Part shown: positions 53,008 to 64,000 of the stretch, piece after piece
How the letters are laid out: each line of letters opens with the position of its first letter
Numbering within the stretch: the stretch's first letter is position 1
Source: an uncultured Alphaproteobacteria bacterium
GTDB lineage: Bacteria > Pseudomonadota > Alphaproteobacteria > UBA6615
Direction: 5' to 3'
Length of the DNA: 64,000 nucleotides
Assembly: GCA_964276015.1 (NCBI GenBank)
Contig: CAXYDO010000009.1
Span: 60,738 to 124,737, forward strand
Position numbers and translations under genes: made by a program
Notes under the pieces: generated by a model
The model's database searches: none
Seen by the model: only the letters and a program-made list of their open reading frames with translations
What the model was told of the DNA's origin: nothing

Positions 53008-53378
53008 CCGGCCCTCAAAAGCATATTCTGGTCGTCGATGACGAACCGCTCGCCGCTCAGCAGGTTTCGAAGTTTCTCGAAACCTCTGACGTTCGAACCA
53101 GCACGGCAGGAAGCGGCTGCAGCGCCCGGGAGATACATCACGAGGATCCGGCTGATCTGATCGTCACCGATCTGCGCATGCCCGATGGCGACGGTAACGA
53201 GCTGATCCGTGGGATTCGGGCTGCTGATCGCGGTCTGGCCATCGTGGTGGTCACGGGACAGGTGTTGCGCGAGGCAGAATCAGAAGCTCTGGCGGCGGGC
53301 GCGACGGAGCTTTTGCGGAAACCACTGGACCTGCAACAGCTCGCCGCCGTGGCCGGGCGGCACTTGCCGCGCCGCTGA
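53004..53378 (+). CDS. Response regulator, receiver domain only (CheY-like)
   Basis: ILVVDDEP...DLIVTDLRMPDGDG...; 124 aa. The ATG overlaps the kinase stop. Confidence 0.85.
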   Translation: MTGPQKHILVVDDEPLAAQQVSKFLETSDVRTSTAGSGCSAREIHHEDPADLIVTDLRMPDGDGNELIRGIRAADRGLAIVVVTGQVLREAESEALAAGATELLRKPLDLQQLAAVAGRHLPRR

Positions 53379-53382
53379 ATTT

Positions 53383-54795
53383 CTAGATGTGAATGGTGCG
53401 CCCGTCGACGGCGAGAGCGGCTTCCTTGACCGCTTCGGACAAGGTCGGGTGGCCATGACAGGTGCGCGCGATATCCTCGGCTGAAGCCCCAAACTCCATT
53501 CCGACAACAATCTCGTGGATCAGGGTTCCGGCGTCCGGGCCGATAATGTGGGCCCCGAGCACCCGATCCGTTGCGGCATCTGCAAGCAGTTTTACGAAAC
53601 CGTCAGTCTCGTTCGCCGCGCGGGCGCGACCATTGGCCGAGAAGGGGAACTTGCCGACTTTGTAGGTGACGCCTTCGTCCTTGAGCTGTTCTTCGGTTTT
53701 GCCAACTGAGGCCACTTCGGGCCACGTGTAAACAATGCCTGGAATGACGTCGTAATTCACATGCCCGGTCTCGCCGGCGATGATCTCTGCGGCCGCCACG
53801 CCCTCGTCTTCGGCCTTGTGGGCGAGCATCGGGCCGGGGACGCAATCTCCGATCGCGAAGATACCTTCCACATTAGTCTGGAAGCTCTCATCGATCGTGA
53901 TGAAGCCGCGTTCATCCGTGAACACCCCGGCAGCGTCCAGCCCTAGCTGGTCGGTAAAGGGGCGTCGTCCGATCGAGACGAGAACCGTATCGCACTCGAT
54001 GATTTCGGTGTCTCCGCCACCGGCGGGCTCAACCGACAGTTTGACCTTGGTTTTGAGAGTTTCGGAGCCGGTCACCTTGGTGCCGAGCCGGAAATTCATG
54101 CCCTGCTTTTCGAGGATTTTCTGGAAGGCCTTGGCAACTTCGCCGTCCATACTCGGGGTGATGCGGTTGAGGAATTCGATCACGGTTACCTGTGCCCCCA
54201 GACGTGCCCAGACCGAGCCCATTTCCAGGCCGATATATCCTGCACCGACCACCACCAGGTGCTTGGGAACGTTTTCAAAGGTGAGAGCGCCGGTCGAAGT
54301 GACGATGCGTTTTTCGTCAATCTCGAGTCCCGGCAATGGCGCGGATTCTGAGCCCGTCGCGATCAGCACCGCGCCGGTCGTCAGGGTCTCGGTGTCACCG
54401 CTATCCGAGGTGATCTGGACTGCGTGGGCGTTCTCGATACGGGCGGTCCCATGAAATGCGGTGACCTTGTTTTTCTTGAACAGAAACTCGATGCCCTTGG
54501 TGTTGTCTTCGACCACCTTGTTCTTGTGGTCCATCATGGCGTCGAGATCGAATGAGACTTTCTCGGTTTTGACTCCGTGCGCGGCAAGGCCGTGCAGGGC
54601 GTGGGTGTAGTGCTCGGAGGATTGGAGCAATGCCTTGGAGGGAATGCAGCCGATATTCAGGCAGGTGCCACCAAGGCTTTTGCGCTTCTCGATACAGGCC
54701 ACATTCAGCCCGAGCTGTGCCGCCCGAATGGCGGCGACGTAGCCACCGGGACCGGCACCGATAACAATGAGGTCGAAGCTTTTGTCGTCTGCCAT
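53383..54795 (-). CDS. lpdA: Dihydrolipoyl dehydrogenase (E3)
   Basis: [13 protein letters not shown] redox-active disulfide; 470 aa. Confidence 0.95.
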   Translation of the reverse strand: MADDKSFDLIVIGAGPGGYVAAIRAAQLGLNVACIEKRKSLGGTCLNIGCIPSKALLQSSEHYTHALHGLAAHGVKTEKVSFDLDAMMDHKNKVVEDNTKGIEFLFKKNKVTAFHGTARIENAHAVQITSDSGDTETLTTGAVLIATGSESAPLPGLEIDEKRIVTSTGALTFENVPKHLVVVGAGYIGLEMGSVWARLGAQVTVIEFLNRITPSMDGEVAKAFQKILEKQGMNFRLGTKVTGSETLKTKVKLSVEPAGGGDTEIIECDTVLVSIGRRPFTDQLGLDAAGVFTDERGFITIDESFQTNVEGIFAIGDCVPGPMLAHKAEDEGVAAAEIIAGETGHVNYDVIPGIVYTWPEVASVGKTEEQLKDEGVTYKVGKFPFSANGRARAANETDGFVKLLADAATDRVLGAHIIGPDAGTLIHEIVVGMEFGASAEDIARTCHGHPTLSEAVKEAALAVDGRTIHI

Positions 54796-54814
54796 GTGAT
54801 TCTCGTAATGCTCT

Positions 54815-56410
54815 CTAGACGCCGATCAGGAGGCGTTCCGGGTCCTCGATCGCTTGCTTGATGCGGACCAGGAAGGTCACAGCTTCGCGGCCGTCGACGA
54901 CCCTGTGATCATAAGACAGCGCCACATACATTATCGGTCGGATGACGATCTCGTCGTCGACCACCACCGGGCGCTTAACGATATTGTGCATACCCAGAAT
55001 GCCGGATTGGGGCGGGTTCAGGATCGGGGTCGACAACATCGAGCCGAAAATTCCGCCATTGGTGATCGTGAAAGTTCCGCCAGTGAGCTCCTTCATCGAC
55101 AGCTTGCCGTCACGGGCGCGCTGTCCAAAGTCGGAAATGCCGGCTTCGATCTCGGCGAAGTTCTTTTTGTCAGCATCCCGCATGACCGGAACAACAAGGC
55201 CCTGGGCACCCCCGACAGCGATCCCGATATCGTAGTAGTTTCGGTAGATAATCTCGTCGCCGTAAATCTCGGCGTTGACCGCCGGGTTTTCCTGCAGGGC
55301 GTTGATGGCCGCTTTCACGAATATGCTCATGAAGCCGAGTTTGACGCCGTGCTTCTTCTCGAATTCGTCGCGGTAGCGCGTCCGCAGATCCATGATCGGC
55401 TTCATGTCGATTTCGTTGAACGTGGTCAACATGGCCGCGGTGTTCTGGGCCTCTTTGAGACGCCGCGCGATGGTCTGGCGCAACTTGCTCATGCGCACGC
55501 GTTCTTCACCACGTGGGTCTTCTGCGCGCTCAGGTAGTTCGTCGGCGGATATGATGCTGGGGGCTGCAGACACGGCCACAGCTGCCGGTGCGGCAACAGT
55601 GTCAGCGGCACGACCGTCGAGATGGCGCAAAACGTCACCCTTGGTGATGCGGCCGTCCCGCCCGGTCGTAGAGATCGCGGCGGGGTCAAGACCATGCTCA
55701 TCCACGAGTTTACGGACCGCAGGAGCCAGAGGGAGATCGGTGTTGGCGCCACCACCGGGCGCTTCGGCTGGTGCGGGTGCAGCCACGGGCGCGGGTGCTG
55801 CCGCGGCAGGTTGTGCCGGAGCGCCAGCACCGGCGATGAAACGGCCCACAACGGCGCCGACTTCGACGTCGACGCCTTCCCCGGCGACGATTTCGCTGAG
55901 CGTGCCCGCGGTGGGGGCGGGTAGTTCTGCGGTCACCTTGTCGGTTTCGATTTCGACCAGGGCCTCATCGGCCTCGAAGGAGTCGCCAACCTGCTTGAGC
56001 CAGCGGCCGACCGTGCCTTCGGTCACTGATTCACCGAGTTCGGGAACCGTAATATCCATTGTTTCCGCACTGGCTGCTGCGCTTGGTGCCACAGCAGCAG
56101 GAGCTGCTGCGGGCGCGGGGGACGGTGCAACTGGTGCCGCTTCGGTTTTTGCCGCCGGTGCGCTCGCCTGGGCGTTTTCATCGATCGCGCCGATCACGCT
56201 GCCGACTTCGACGTCTGCGCCTTCATCGGCGGTGATCTGGGTCAACACACCCGAACTTGGCGCGGGGACCTCGACGGTCACCTTGTCAGTCTCGATCTCG
56301 ACCAGCGGTTCGTCGGCTGTGACGGCTTCACCGACCGCCTTGAACCAGCGGGCGATCGTGCCTTCGGTGACTGATTCGCCCATCTCGGGCACTTTGATTT
56401 CCGTCGCCAT
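54815..56410 (-). CDS. sucB: 2-oxoglutarate dehydrogenase E2 (dihydrolipoyllysine-residue succinyltransferase), with two lipoyl domains
   Basis: Two ...VEIETDKVT... lipoyl domains, Ala/Pro linkers, an E3-binding domain, and a catalytic DHRVVDG motif; 531 aa. Confidence 0.93.
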   Translation of the reverse strand: MATEIKVPEMGESVTEGTIARWFKAVGEAVTADEPLVEIETDKVTVEVPAPSSGVLTQITADEGADVEVGSVIGAIDENAQASAPAAKTEAAPVAPSPAPAAAPAAVAPSAAASAETMDITVPELGESVTEGTVGRWLKQVGDSFEADEALVEIETDKVTAELPAPTAGTLSEIVAGEGVDVEVGAVVGRFIAGAGAPAQPAAAAPAPVAAPAPAEAPGGGANTDLPLAPAVRKLVDEHGLDPAAISTTGRDGRITKGDVLRHLDGRAADTVAAPAAVAVSAAPSIISADELPERAEDPRGEERVRMSKLRQTIARRLKEAQNTAAMLTTFNEIDMKPIMDLRTRYRDEFEKKHGVKLGFMSIFVKAAINALQENPAVNAEIYGDEIIYRNYYDIGIAVGGAQGLVVPVMRDADKKNFAEIEAGISDFGQRARDGKLSMKELTGGTFTITNGGIFGSMLSTPILNPPQSGILGMHNIVKRPVVVDDEIVIRPIMYVALSYDHRVVDGREAVTFLVRIKQAIEDPERLLIGV

Positions 56411-56442
56411 ATTCTTAACGTTCCTGTGTGTGCCTTGTTGCC

Positions 56443-59364
56443 CTAGAGCGTCAGGGCTTCGTCTACGAGTTTTTCCTGTTCGTGCCGGTGGCGCTTGCCG
56501 TTGCCGGTTGCCGGGGACGCCGCTTCCGTGCGTCCGACATAGCGCGGACGGGTATGGGTCGCGCCGATTTCGGTCAACACGGCTTCAAGGCGGCGGTCGA
56601 TAAAGGTCCAGGCCCCCATGTTTTTGGGCTCTTCCTGGCACCAGACAATTTCGGCGCCCTTGAACCGCGAAAGCTCTTCGATCAGCGCTTTCTTCGGGAA
56701 CGGATAGAGCTGTTCCATCCGCAGGAAGAATACATCCTTGACCTCGCGTTTCGCACGTTCCTCGAACAGATCGTAATAGACCTTGCCCGAACACAGCACG
56801 ACCCGCTTCACATCCTTGTCCTCGCAAAGCTTTTCGGTGTCATAAAGCACCCGGTGGAAGCTTGTATCAGGGCCGAAATCAGCGAGTTCCGACACACAAA
56901 GCTTGTGCCGCAGCAGCGATTTCGGGGTCATGACAACCAGCGGTTTGCGGAAGTTTCGATGGACCTGACGGCGCAGCGCGTGGAAGTAGTTCGCCGGGGT
57001 TGTGATGTTGCAGACCTGCATGTTTTCTTCGGCGCAAAGTTGCAGATAGCGCTCCAGCTTGGCCGAAGAATGTTCCGGGCCCTGGCCCTCATAGCCATGG
57101 GGCAGGAGCAGAACCAGACCGGACATCCGCAGCCATTTGGATTCACCCGAAGCGATGAACTGGTCGATGATGACCTGGGCGCCGTTCGCGAAATCTCCGA
57201 ACTGGGCTTCCCACAGCACCAGGGCATGTGGCTCAGCCTGGCTGTATCCGTATTCGTAGCCGAGCACACCGAATTCCGAGAGCGGGCTGTCGATGACTTC
57301 GATCGGAGCCTGCCCATACCGAATACTGGCCAGCGGCAGGTACTTGTCTTCGTTGACCTGATCGATCAGGACCGCATGACGCTGGGAGAAGGTGCCGCGA
57401 CCGACATCTTCACCGGACAGGCGCACGGGGGTGGATTCACACAGCAAGGTGCCGAAGGCCAGCGCTTCGCCGGTCGCCCAGTCGATACCCTTGCCTTCGT
57501 CCATCATCTTCCGCTTGCCCTTGAGCTGACGGGTAATTTTCGAATTGGCATTGAATCCCTGCGGGGCTTCCGAGATTGCGTGGCCGACTTCTTTGAGAAG
57601 GTCCATCTCGACAGCCGTGTCACCACGGCGTGCTTCCTCGCCGGCGGCCATGCCGAGATCGGCCCAGCGGCCTTCCAGCCAGTCGGCCTTGTTGGGCTTG
57701 TAACTGCGCGCCGCCTCGAATTCCTTCTCGAGATGGGCCTTGAATTCCTCGACGACCCGGTCGCCACCGCCCTGTTCGAGGACGCCTTCATCCTCAAGCT
57801 GTTGGGCATAAAGGGCACGGGTCGTGGGCTGTTCGGAAATCGACTTGTACATCAACGGCTGAGTGAAGGCCGGCTCGTCGGATTCGTTATGTCCGGCACG
57901 TCGATAACCCCACAGATCGAGGATCACATCGGCCTTGAACCGGTAGCGATACTCGGTCGCGATGCGCGCGGCGTGGACCGTGGCTTCCGGGTCGTCCCCG
58001 TTCACGTGCAGGATCGGCGCCTGAATCATCTTCGCGACGTCCGAGGAATAGGGTGAGGAACGTGCTGCGGTCGGATTGGTCGTGAAACCGATCTGGTTGT
58101 TGACGATCACATGCACCGTACCGCCGGTGCGATAGCCCCGAAGCTGAGACAAATCGAGGGTTTCAGCGACCAGTCCCTGGCCGGCGAAAGCCGCGTCCCC
58201 GTGCATCAGGATCGCCATGACGTTTTCGCGCTGGGTATCTGCGCGCAGCTGTTGCTTGGCACGTACCTTGCCGAGAACAACCGTGTTGACCGCTTCCAGA
58301 TGGCTGGGATTGGGCGTCAGGGACAGATGAACCGTGTTGCCGTCAAACGTCCGGTCCGAAGACGTTCCGAGGTGGTACTTCACGTCGCCCGAACCCATCA
58401 CGTCTTCGGGGTTGGGGGAGTTGCCCTCGAATTCAGAGAACATGGCCCTGAAGGGTTTGTCCATGAAATTGGCCAGGACGTTCAGACGGCCGCGATGGGG
58501 CATGCCGATGACCAGCTCACGCAGGCCCAGCTGGCCGCCGCGTTTGACGATCTGTTCCAATGCCGGGATCAGGGATTCGCCGCCTTCAAGCCCGAAGCGC
58601 TTGGCGCCGGTGTATTTCTTGTCGAGGAATTGCTCGAAGATTTCTGCCCGGGTCAGGGAGGAGAGAATGGCCTCCTTGCCGCGTTTGGTAAATTCGGTCT
58701 GGTTGCGCGCACCTTCGATGCGTTCCTGGATCCAGGCTTTCTCTTCCGGGCCCTGGATGTGCATGAATTCGACGCCGATATTGCCGCAATAGGTCTCGCG
58801 GACGACATCGATGATCTGGCGCATGGTCGCTGTTTCCAGGCCGAGGACATAGTTGATGAAGATCGGTCGGTCGAGATCAGAATCACCGAACCCGTATGTT
58901 TTGGGGTCAAGCTCCGGATGGGGTTCGTGGGGCATTAGACCGAGCGGGTCGAGGTTTGATTCGAGATGGCCCCGTACCCGGTAGGCGCGGATCAGCATCA
59001 GGGCCCGGATGGAATCGAGTGTCGCACGGCGGATCTGATCGGGAGACGCCGAAGCATATGTCGCGGCACCATAGGATAGTGGTGCCCCGCCCAGAGGGGT
59101 GCCAGCTTGCGGCGCGGGAGCCGCGTGGCCGTTCCCGTTGGCACCGTTTGCACCGCCGCCGATCACACGCGCGTCGCGCGGTGCCCAGCTGGCGCCATTC
59201 AAATCCTCAAGCGTTTCCCGTGCGTCATCGTGCAGGGTGAAAAAGAATTCTGCCCAGTCAGAATCGACGCTGTCGGGCCGTTCGAGATACTTGGAATAAA
59301 GTTCGGCGACGAAGGTGGCATTGGCGCCGTTGAGGAACGACGAGTGACCAATATAGCTACTCAT
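56443..59364 (-). CDS. sucA: 2-oxoglutarate dehydrogenase E1 component
   Basis: 973 aa; canonical SucA sequence and position. Confidence 0.95.
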   Translation of the reverse strand: MSSYIGHSSFLNGANATFVAELYSKYLERPDSVDSDWAEFFFTLHDDARETLEDLNGASWAPRDARVIGGGANGANGNGHAAPAPQAGTPLGGAPLSYGAATYASASPDQIRRATLDSIRALMLIRAYRVRGHLESNLDPLGLMPHEPHPELDPKTYGFGDSDLDRPIFINYVLGLETATMRQIIDVVRETYCGNIGVEFMHIQGPEEKAWIQERIEGARNQTEFTKRGKEAILSSLTRAEIFEQFLDKKYTGAKRFGLEGGESLIPALEQIVKRGGQLGLRELVIGMPHRGRLNVLANFMDKPFRAMFSEFEGNSPNPEDVMGSGDVKYHLGTSSDRTFDGNTVHLSLTPNPSHLEAVNTVVLGKVRAKQQLRADTQRENVMAILMHGDAAFAGQGLVAETLDLSQLRGYRTGGTVHVIVNNQIGFTTNPTAARSSPYSSDVAKMIQAPILHVNGDDPEATVHAARIATEYRYRFKADVILDLWGYRRAGHNESDEPAFTQPLMYKSISEQPTTRALYAQQLEDEGVLEQGGGDRVVEEFKAHLEKEFEAARSYKPNKADWLEGRWADLGMAAGEEARRGDTAVEMDLLKEVGHAISEAPQGFNANSKITRQLKGKRKMMDEGKGIDWATGEALAFGTLLCESTPVRLSGEDVGRGTFSQRHAVLIDQVNEDKYLPLASIRYGQAPIEVIDSPLSEFGVLGYEYGYSQAEPHALVLWEAQFGDFANGAQVIIDQFIASGESKWLRMSGLVLLLPHGYEGQGPEHSSAKLERYLQLCAEENMQVCNITTPANYFHALRRQVHRNFRKPLVVMTPKSLLRHKLCVSELADFGPDTSFHRVLYDTEKLCEDKDVKRVVLCSGKVYYDLFEERAKREVKDVFFLRMEQLYPFPKKALIEELSRFKGAEIVWCQEEPKNMGAWTFIDRRLEAVLTEIGATHTRPRYVGRTEAASPATGNGKRHRHEQEKLVDEALTL

Positions 59365-59447
59365 TTTTTAGTGCCGCAGGGTTAGGCTGCGGTCTCCGGT
59401 AAAAATGCGATGGTGTCCCCCCGTCGTAACACCAACAATAATTCGGT

Positions 59448-60323
59448 TTAGCCCTTCATAGCCTCAAGCATCGTCGTCCCGAGTGCGGACGGCGAATTGG
59501 CCACCAGCATGCCCGCGGACTTCATGGCTTCGATCTTGGCATCTGCTGTGCCTTTGCCGCCCGAGATGATCGCACCGGCATGGCCCATGCGTTTGCCCGG
59601 GGGTGCCGTAACACCCGCAATGAAGCCGGCTATCGGCTTTTTGGTTTTCGAAGCCTTGATGAATTCAGCAGCGCCTTCTTCGGCGGAACCACCGATTTCA
59701 CCGATCATGATGATGCCTTCGGTTTCATCGTCTTCGAGGAACATCTCGAGACAGTCGATGAAATTCGTGCCGTTCACTGGGTCCCCGCCAATGCCGATAC
59801 AGGTCGTCTGACCCAGGCCGACAGCGGTGGTCTGACCCACGGCTTCATAGGTGAGGGTTCCCGAACGCGAGACAATTCCAATGTTTCCGCGTTGATGAAT
59901 GTGACCGGGCATGATGCCAATCTTGCACTCGTCTGGGGTGATGACGCCGGGGCAGTTCGGTCCGATCAGGCGCGTTTGCGAGCCGTCGAGGGCGCGCTTC
60001 ACTTTCACCATGTCGAGAACCGGGATGCCTTCGGTAATGCACACGACCAGTCCGAGACCCGCTTCGATGGCTTCCAGGATTGCGTCCGCCGCGAAGGGAG
60101 GAGGTACATAGATAACCGATGCGTCGGCACCGGTGTGCTGTATGGCCTGACCAACGGTGTCGAACACCGGCAGATCAAGATGATTGGTGCCGCCTTTGCC
60201 CGGGGTTACCCCACCGACCATCTTTGTGCCGTAAGCGATGGCCTGTTCTGAATGGAATGTGCCCTGGGCTCCTGTGAAGCCCTGGCAGATGACTTTGGTA
60301 TCTTTATTGACAAGTACTGACAT
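59448..60323 (-). CDS. sucD: Succinate-CoA ligase subunit alpha
   Basis: [27 protein letters not shown]... Confidence 0.96.
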   Translation of the reverse strand: MSVLVNKDTKVICQGFTGAQGTFHSEQAIAYGTKMVGGVTPGKGGTNHLDLPVFDTVGQAIQHTGADASVIYVPPPFAADAILEAIEAGLGLVVCITEGIPVLDMVKVKRALDGSQTRLIGPNCPGVITPDECKIGIMPGHIHQRGNIGIVSRSGTLTYEAVGQTTAVGLGQTTCIGIGGDPVNGTNFIDCLEMFLEDDETEGIIMIGEIGGSAEEGAAEFIKASKTKKPIAGFIAGVTAPPGKRMGHAGAIISGGKGTADAKIEAMKSAGMLVANSPSALGTTMLEAMKG

Positions 60324-60327
60324 GGGG

Positions 60328-61524
60328 TCAGGCCGCCTCCTTCACAGCGTTCACGATCTTTTCGGCCGCGTCGCCTAAATCATCTGCCGCAATAATCGGC
60401 AATCCGGATTCTGCGAGAATTTTCTTCCCGAGTTCCACATTGGTGCCTGCGAGCCGCACCACAAGGGGGACATGCAGCGAAACTTCACGCGCCGCGGCGA
60501 CAACGCCGTCCGCGATCACGTCGCAGCGCATAATGCCGCCAAAGATGTTGACCAGAATGCCTTCCACATTGGGATCGGACAGAATGATCTTGAACGCTGT
60601 TGTGACGCGCTCTTTGGTGGCGCCGCCCCCGACATCGAGAAAGTTGGCCGGGGTGCCGCCATGGAGCTTGACGATGTCCATCGTCGCCATGGCCAGGCCG
60701 GCGCCGTTGACCATGCAGCCAATCGCCCCGTCGAGCTTGATGTAGTTGAGCTCGTGCTTTGCGGCTTCGAGCTCCATTGGGTCTTCTTCGTCTTCGTCGC
60801 GAAGCTCAGCAACATCGGGGTGGCGATAGAGCGCGTTGTCGTCGATGTTCATCTTTGCGTCGAGTGCGATCACCTCACCGGCGCCGGTGACAACCAGCGG
60901 GTTGATCTCGACCATGGTGGCGTCGAGTTCAATGAACGCTTTGTACATGGCGTTCAGAAACTTCGTGGCACTCTTGATGTGCGCGCCTTCAAGGCCGAGC
61001 CCGAACGCGACTTCGCGGGTGTGGAAGGGCATGATTCCGGTGGCCGGGTCGATGACGACCGTGGCGATTTTTTCCGGCATTTCCTCAGCCACAGTCTCGA
61101 TGTCCATGCCGCCTTCGGTCGAGGCGATGATCACGATCCGCGATGTTTCACGGTCGACCAGCAGGCTGAGATAAAGCTCGCGCGCGATGTCGCAGCCTTC
61201 CTCGACATAGATGCGCTTGACCTCTTTGCCGTCGGCACCGGTCTGCTTGGTGACCAGAACATTGCCCAGCATGGCGTCGGCTGTAGCGCTAACGTCGTCC
61301 TCGGACTTGGCCAGCCTGACACCGCCCCCGCCCTCGGGATCGTTGGCAAAATGACCAGCACCACGGCCGCCGGCGTGGATTTGGGACTTAACCACCCAGA
61401 TGCTGCCGCCGAGATCCTGTGCCGCCTTGCTCGCTTCAGCGGCGGTGGTGGCGACGCTGCCGCGGGGAACCGCGACACCAAATTTCGCCAGCAGTCCTTT
61501 TGCCTGATATTCGTGGATATTCAT
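60328..61524 (-). CDS. sucC: ADP-forming succinate-CoA ligase subunit beta
   Basis: ATG 61524 gives [17 protein letters not shown]... Confidence 0.96.
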   Translation of the reverse strand: MNIHEYQAKGLLAKFGVAVPRGSVATTAAEASKAAQDLGGSIWVVKSQIHAGGRGAGHFANDPEGGGGVRLAKSEDDVSATADAMLGNVLVTKQTGADGKEVKRIYVEEGCDIARELYLSLLVDRETSRIVIIASTEGGMDIETVAEEMPEKIATVVIDPATGIMPFHTREVAFGLGLEGAHIKSATKFLNAMYKAFIELDATMVEINPLVVTGAGEVIALDAKMNIDDNALYRHPDVAELRDEDEEDPMELEAAKHELNYIKLDGAIGCMVNGAGLAMATMDIVKLHGGTPANFLDVGGGATKERVTTAFKIILSDPNVEGILVNIFGGIMRCDVIADGVVAAAREVSLHVPLVVRLAGTNVELGKKILAESGLPIIAADDLGDAAEKIVNAVKEAA

Positions 61525-61673
61525 GAACGCATTGGCCTGCAATAGGTGGTTGTGAGCCCGAGACCGTGATGGCCCGGTATTACGGGGTGGTTAACGGTGG
61601 AGAGCCTGTTTTCGCGTAAATTCCGCTCACGCTGGGCAAAACTTGGTTAACGCTTGGAAACTCTACCACCGAT

Positions 61674-61699
61674 GGTGCAGTGCGCAAGCGCACCGCACC
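61674..61699 (-). terminator. Stem-loop between mdh and sucC (no U-tract; attenuator or processing site rather than a strong terminator)
   Basis: Minus strand: GGTGC-G-GTGCGC-TT-GCGCAC-T-GCACC. Confidence 0.3.
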
Positions 61700-61721
61700 C
61701 CGGCGTGGGACTGACGAACGC

Positions 61722-62717
<996 letters not shown>

Positions 62718-62875
62718 TCATGAAAACCGCGCCTAAAAACCCCGGGCGCGCCTAATTGCGGGCGACGTGTAACCCGTATTTCCGGACGGTTCAAGGGACC
62801 GTCGGGCATGGAATTTGTGCCTTCTGGGTCAGGAAGCGATGGGGGTTGCGGATTCGGGCCACACCCGGCCCGGAG

Positions 62876-64000
62876 TCAGGGAATATGCGGGCTGTCGAGA
62901 TAGTCTTCTGCTTGCATTTCCATCAGGCGGGAGACGGTTCGTTCGAACTCAAAAGCGGTGTCACCGTGGGCATATAATTCGTCGGGCGGCACCGCCGCGC
63001 TCGCGAACAGATTGACCTTATGCTCGTAGAGAGAATCGACCAGCACCACGAAGCGTTTTGCCGCATCCCGTTCGGCGGCTTCGAGCTTCGGGACATCGTC
63101 GATCATGACGGTGTGGAAGCGCGAGGCGATGGCCAGAAAATCAGCCGCACCGCAGGGCTTGTTGCACAATTCGTCGAAACTGAACCGGGCGATACCCCGT
63201 GCGGCACGTTTGGCAATCAGCACCCGCCCTTGAAGCTCGATCTCTTCGGGGTGGGGTGTCGCATCATCGGTCAGGGTCGCAAACGCATTGTCGAGCATCG
63301 CTGTTGTGTCAGCACCCAACGGGGTGTGCCAGACCGGGTCTCCCTTCAAGCGGTCGAGCCGGAAGTCGCGCCCGGCGCCGATATCGAGCACGTCGAGTTT
63401 TTTCATGATCAGGTCGATGAAGGGCATGAAGCGTTCCCGCTGCAATCCATCCTTGTAGAGATCCTGGGGTGCGACATTGGATGTGGCGATAATCACCACC
63501 CCCCGGTCGAAGAAGGCCTGGAACAGCCGGCCGAGGATCATGGCATCGGCGATGTTCACCACGTGGAACTCGTCGAAGCACAGCAGCCAGGTTTCCTCGG
63601 CGATTTCGGCGGCGACCCGCATCAGGGGGTCGTCCTGCTTGCCGCCCTGGCGGATCGTGGTCAGACGTTTCTGCACTTCCAGCATGAAGGAATGAAAATG
63701 AACCCGCCGTTTTCGCTCGACCGTCGCCGTATCGAAGAACATATCGGTCAGCATCGACTTTCCGCGCCCGACAGGGCCGTACATGTAGATGCCTTGGGGT
63801 GGTTCGTCGGACCGTCGTCCCAGACCGAAGCGGTCTTTCCAGCCAGAAAGCCAGCTATCCCCTGCTGGCTGATAGCCGTTAAGGGCGTGGTGCAGGCTTT
63901 GCAGCTTCTCCACTGCAAGCTTCTGCGACGGGTCGCGCATCAGCTCGTTCGTCTCGCGCAATTCGCGATAACGTTCGAGCGGGGTCGTGGCTTGGGCGTC
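62876..64000 (-). CDS. zapE: Cell division protein ZapE (AFG1-like ATPase), 5' end beyond the window
   Basis: Walker A GPVGRGKS. The frame stays open to position 64000 (...TPLERYRELRETNELM...). Confidence 0.85.
   Translation of the reverse strand, partial: DAQATTPLERYRELRETNELMRDPSQKLAVEKLQSLHHALNGYQPAGDSWLSGWKDRFGLGRRSDEPPQGIYMYGPVGRGKSMLTDMFFDTATVERKRRVHFHSFMLEVQKRLTTIRQGGKQDDPLMRVAAEIAEETWLLCFDEFHVVNIADAMILGRLFQAFFDRGVVIIATSNVAPQDLYKDGLQRERFMPFIDLIMKKLDVLDIGAGRDFRLDRLKGDPVWHTPLGADTTAMLDNAFATLTDDATPHPEEIELQGRVLIAKRAARGIARFSFDELCNKPCGAADFLAIASRFHTVMIDDVPKLEAAERDAAKRFVVLVDSLYEHKVNLFASAAVPPDELYAHGDTAFEFERTVSRLMEMQAEDYLDSPHIP

Overview
This is a 64-kb chromosomal window. It is visibly GC-rich, roughly 55-70% in the lines I hand-counted. 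Gene content and synteny are typical of a free-living alphaproteobacterium: rplU-rpmA-obg-proB-[DMT]-proA-nadD-rsfS-rlmH-gpmA-envC-ctpA-yibQ-like-rppH; atpHAGDC; priA; tal; DUF484-xerC; lpdA-sucB-sucA-sucD-sucC-mdh; zapE. The left third (1-23.7 kb) is a patchwork of catabolic and redox genes: acyl-CoA dehydrogenase, Gfo/Idh/MocA, M3 peptidase Dcp, a coxMSL-type molybdenum hydroxylase, GMC oxidoreductase, PiT, OYE, SDR and a CmcJ-like gene. The one clearly accessory segment is a ~3.6-kb AT-rich islet (about 23865-27530) wedged between tRNA-Ser(CGA) and the rplU promoter. It holds small minus-strand ORFs that I cannot assign to a functional family: membrane proteins, a 49-aa lipoprotein, a duplicated 75/83-aa protein, and a 93-aa Lys-rich protein with a truncated extra copy. 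It also holds a serine-recombinase HTH relic and four copies of a ~90-nt hairpin-terminator plus promoter-like module that punctuates the genes like cassette junctions. A second theme is gene decay. A TRAP binding protein, a VOC/glyoxalase gene, a Crp-like regulator and a CHASE4-type histidine kinase are all broken, mostly by in-frame TAG/TGA codons that are each one G->A transition away from TGG. Two further points stand out: a CueR/MerR-type 19-bp-spacer promoter in front of a membrane-anchored cytochrome c, and a SucB with two lipoyl domains. I saw no CRISPR array, no rRNA, and no intact integrase or transposase. All family calls come from my own reading of the translated ORFs and the sequence; no database search was possible.
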